Below, piece by piece: positions 52,057 to 53,635 of a stretch of DNA of 53,635 nucleotides (its first letter is position 1; each line of letters opens with the position of its first letter). This DNA is from Octopus bimaculoides. Its lineage: Eukaryota. The stretch spans positions 180,936,902 through 180,990,536 of the forward strand of contig NC_068982.1 of assembly GCF_001194135.2 (NCBI RefSeq), given 5' to 3'. A program made the translations under genes and the position numbers. The notes below the pieces were generated by a model that was not told where the DNA came from, did no database searches, and saw only the letters and a program-made list of their open reading frames with translations.

Positions 52057-53457
52057 CCATACTCATCCTCGTACAGGTACACAGGCACACATACATAAGC
52101 ACAGTTACATACGTAAGCATTAAATCACACACACATTAACAAACACACACACATTCATAAATGAATACAGAGTTCTGAAAACTGAAAAAAAAACTTATAT
52201 ATAATATACATTCATAATCAGCAATATTACTTCTGTATGCCAAGACATAAAACAACTATAACAATAAGATGAGGAATAACAATAGAAAATGTATATCAGC
52301 AGCAACAACAACACCTACTATACATGATGAACGAGACGAAATGTTCACTCCAAGCGGCAACGCAAACATATCTAGTAGCCAGCTATTGTTGTTCGTGAAT
52401 ACGAGTGAAATCAATAATATCAAGCAAACAATCACTCCATTATGAAGTTATCAGTGACATTTCCGCGGCTATAATCGTTGCTAAGATACTTCAGCGTTAG
52501 TTCTACTCCAAGAATATTTCGCAAGGAATCCGTCCGTTATATATTTGGTGAAATACTGAATGACCCAAGATAAGTGAATGCTATTCTTGAAATACACAAA
52601 CAAGTGGATACACTAGAAAGAATATGGTTTTCTTAGGTAAAAGATCACCCACTTCCCACGATAGACATTTATATATTTTATTTTAGTTTTTGTTTCTTGC
52701 GTATGCTATTTTTGCCTCTGGTCTTAATAAAGATGATACTGGTGATAACAATTGATGATGGCGATGATGATGATACAATAAATCATATTATTGTCCAAGG
52801 AAAACAGCATTAACAGGAATGTCAAAATAACTACATCAACCAGTACCACACCAATATTACCTATATACTCAACAAAGATACTACTAAGAAAATAATGATT
52901 CTGTTCCTGGTCACAAAAGCTCGCAACGTTGAAGGCAGTACAAGGACATAAAAAGACAATAAAAGAGGTACACATAACGTAAAGGAAGACAAAAACCATA
53001 TGATAAATGGATAACAATGAAATGTGAACATCTAAGGTACCCAGGTAGGAGAAAACACGCTGGGTTAATTAATAGGAGAAAAAAACGAATTGATAAAAAT
53101 CTCGGTTTATTCTGTTGCGTAAGAGGTTTGAAAACATAGGGTTCTTGACATGAATGCTGATGAGAGTAAAAAAAGGGATTATGCTTATTTTACGTTTAAA
53201 ATTTAGCTACACTCAATCGGCATTTGAAAGGTAAGCTGACTCACGCGTCATCTTACATATGAATAGACTGAGATGGACTTCAACAGTGAGGGAAAATCCG
53301 GTTCTTAGTTCTTTTAGTGAAACCCAACACAATGTTCACCCAACAGGATTTAACTTACCGCTCTGTCTGTCTCTGTCTCTCTTTCTTTATTTTTCCTTTA
53401 TTTTTTCTTTCTTTCCTTCTTTCTCTCTCTTTCTCTCTGTCTCTCTCTCTCTCTCTC

Positions 53458-53489
<32 letters not shown>

Positions 53490-53635
53490 CTCTTTTACTC
53501 TTTTACTTGTTTCAGTCATTTGACTGCGGCCATGCTGGAGCACCGCCTTTAGTCGAGCAAATCGACCCCAGAACTTATTCTTTGGAAGTCTAGTAGTTAT
53601 TCTATCGGTCTCTTTTGCCGAACCGCTAAGTTACG
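53490..53635 (-). mobile_element. Young SINE 3' end, cut by the window edge
   Basis: cttgtttcagtcatttgactgcggccatgctggagcaccgcctttagtcgagcaaatcgacccca...ctatcggtctcttttgccgaaccgctaagttacg is the reverse complement of the tail at 34390-34530. Confidence 0.92.

Noticed and set aside
53157-53210. CUGAUGAG followed by a GUAAAA/UUUUAC stem
   Set aside because: No GAAA core after the stem.

Overview
This is eukaryotic, AT-rich, repeat-saturated DNA from a gapped short-read scaffold, with 12 N-runs, most bordered by (AT)n or (AC)n. The tRNA-derived SINEs with internal (GT)/(AT) tracts, the RTE, CR1 and Penelope remnants and the microsatellite density point to an octopus (coleoid cephalopod) genome; this is an inference, not a database result. 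There is no intact gene, operon, rRNA, tRNA gene or CRISPR array, and most supplied ORFs are microsatellite or N-run artefacts. The window is mainly decayed mobile DNA: a mariner transposase remnant, a palindromic MITE, CR1, RTE and R4/Dong-like LINE fragments, four Penelope-like (PLE) fragments and about 14 SINE copies or fragments. The best unexplained signals are: (1) an 844-bp fold-back palindrome (37102-37945; 402-bp arms, 16 mismatches) whose unduplicated relative sits at the window start; (2) a near-canonical hammerhead ribozyme fold at 38513-38565, plus two decayed hammerhead cores just downstream of PLE endonuclease remnants; (3) a 45-bp-stem hairpin at 4682-4780; (4) two short minus-strand candidate exons (18915-18956, 18440-18495) that splice in frame and are missed by the ORF track. 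TE family labels rest on motifs recognised by eye, and TE boundaries are approximate.
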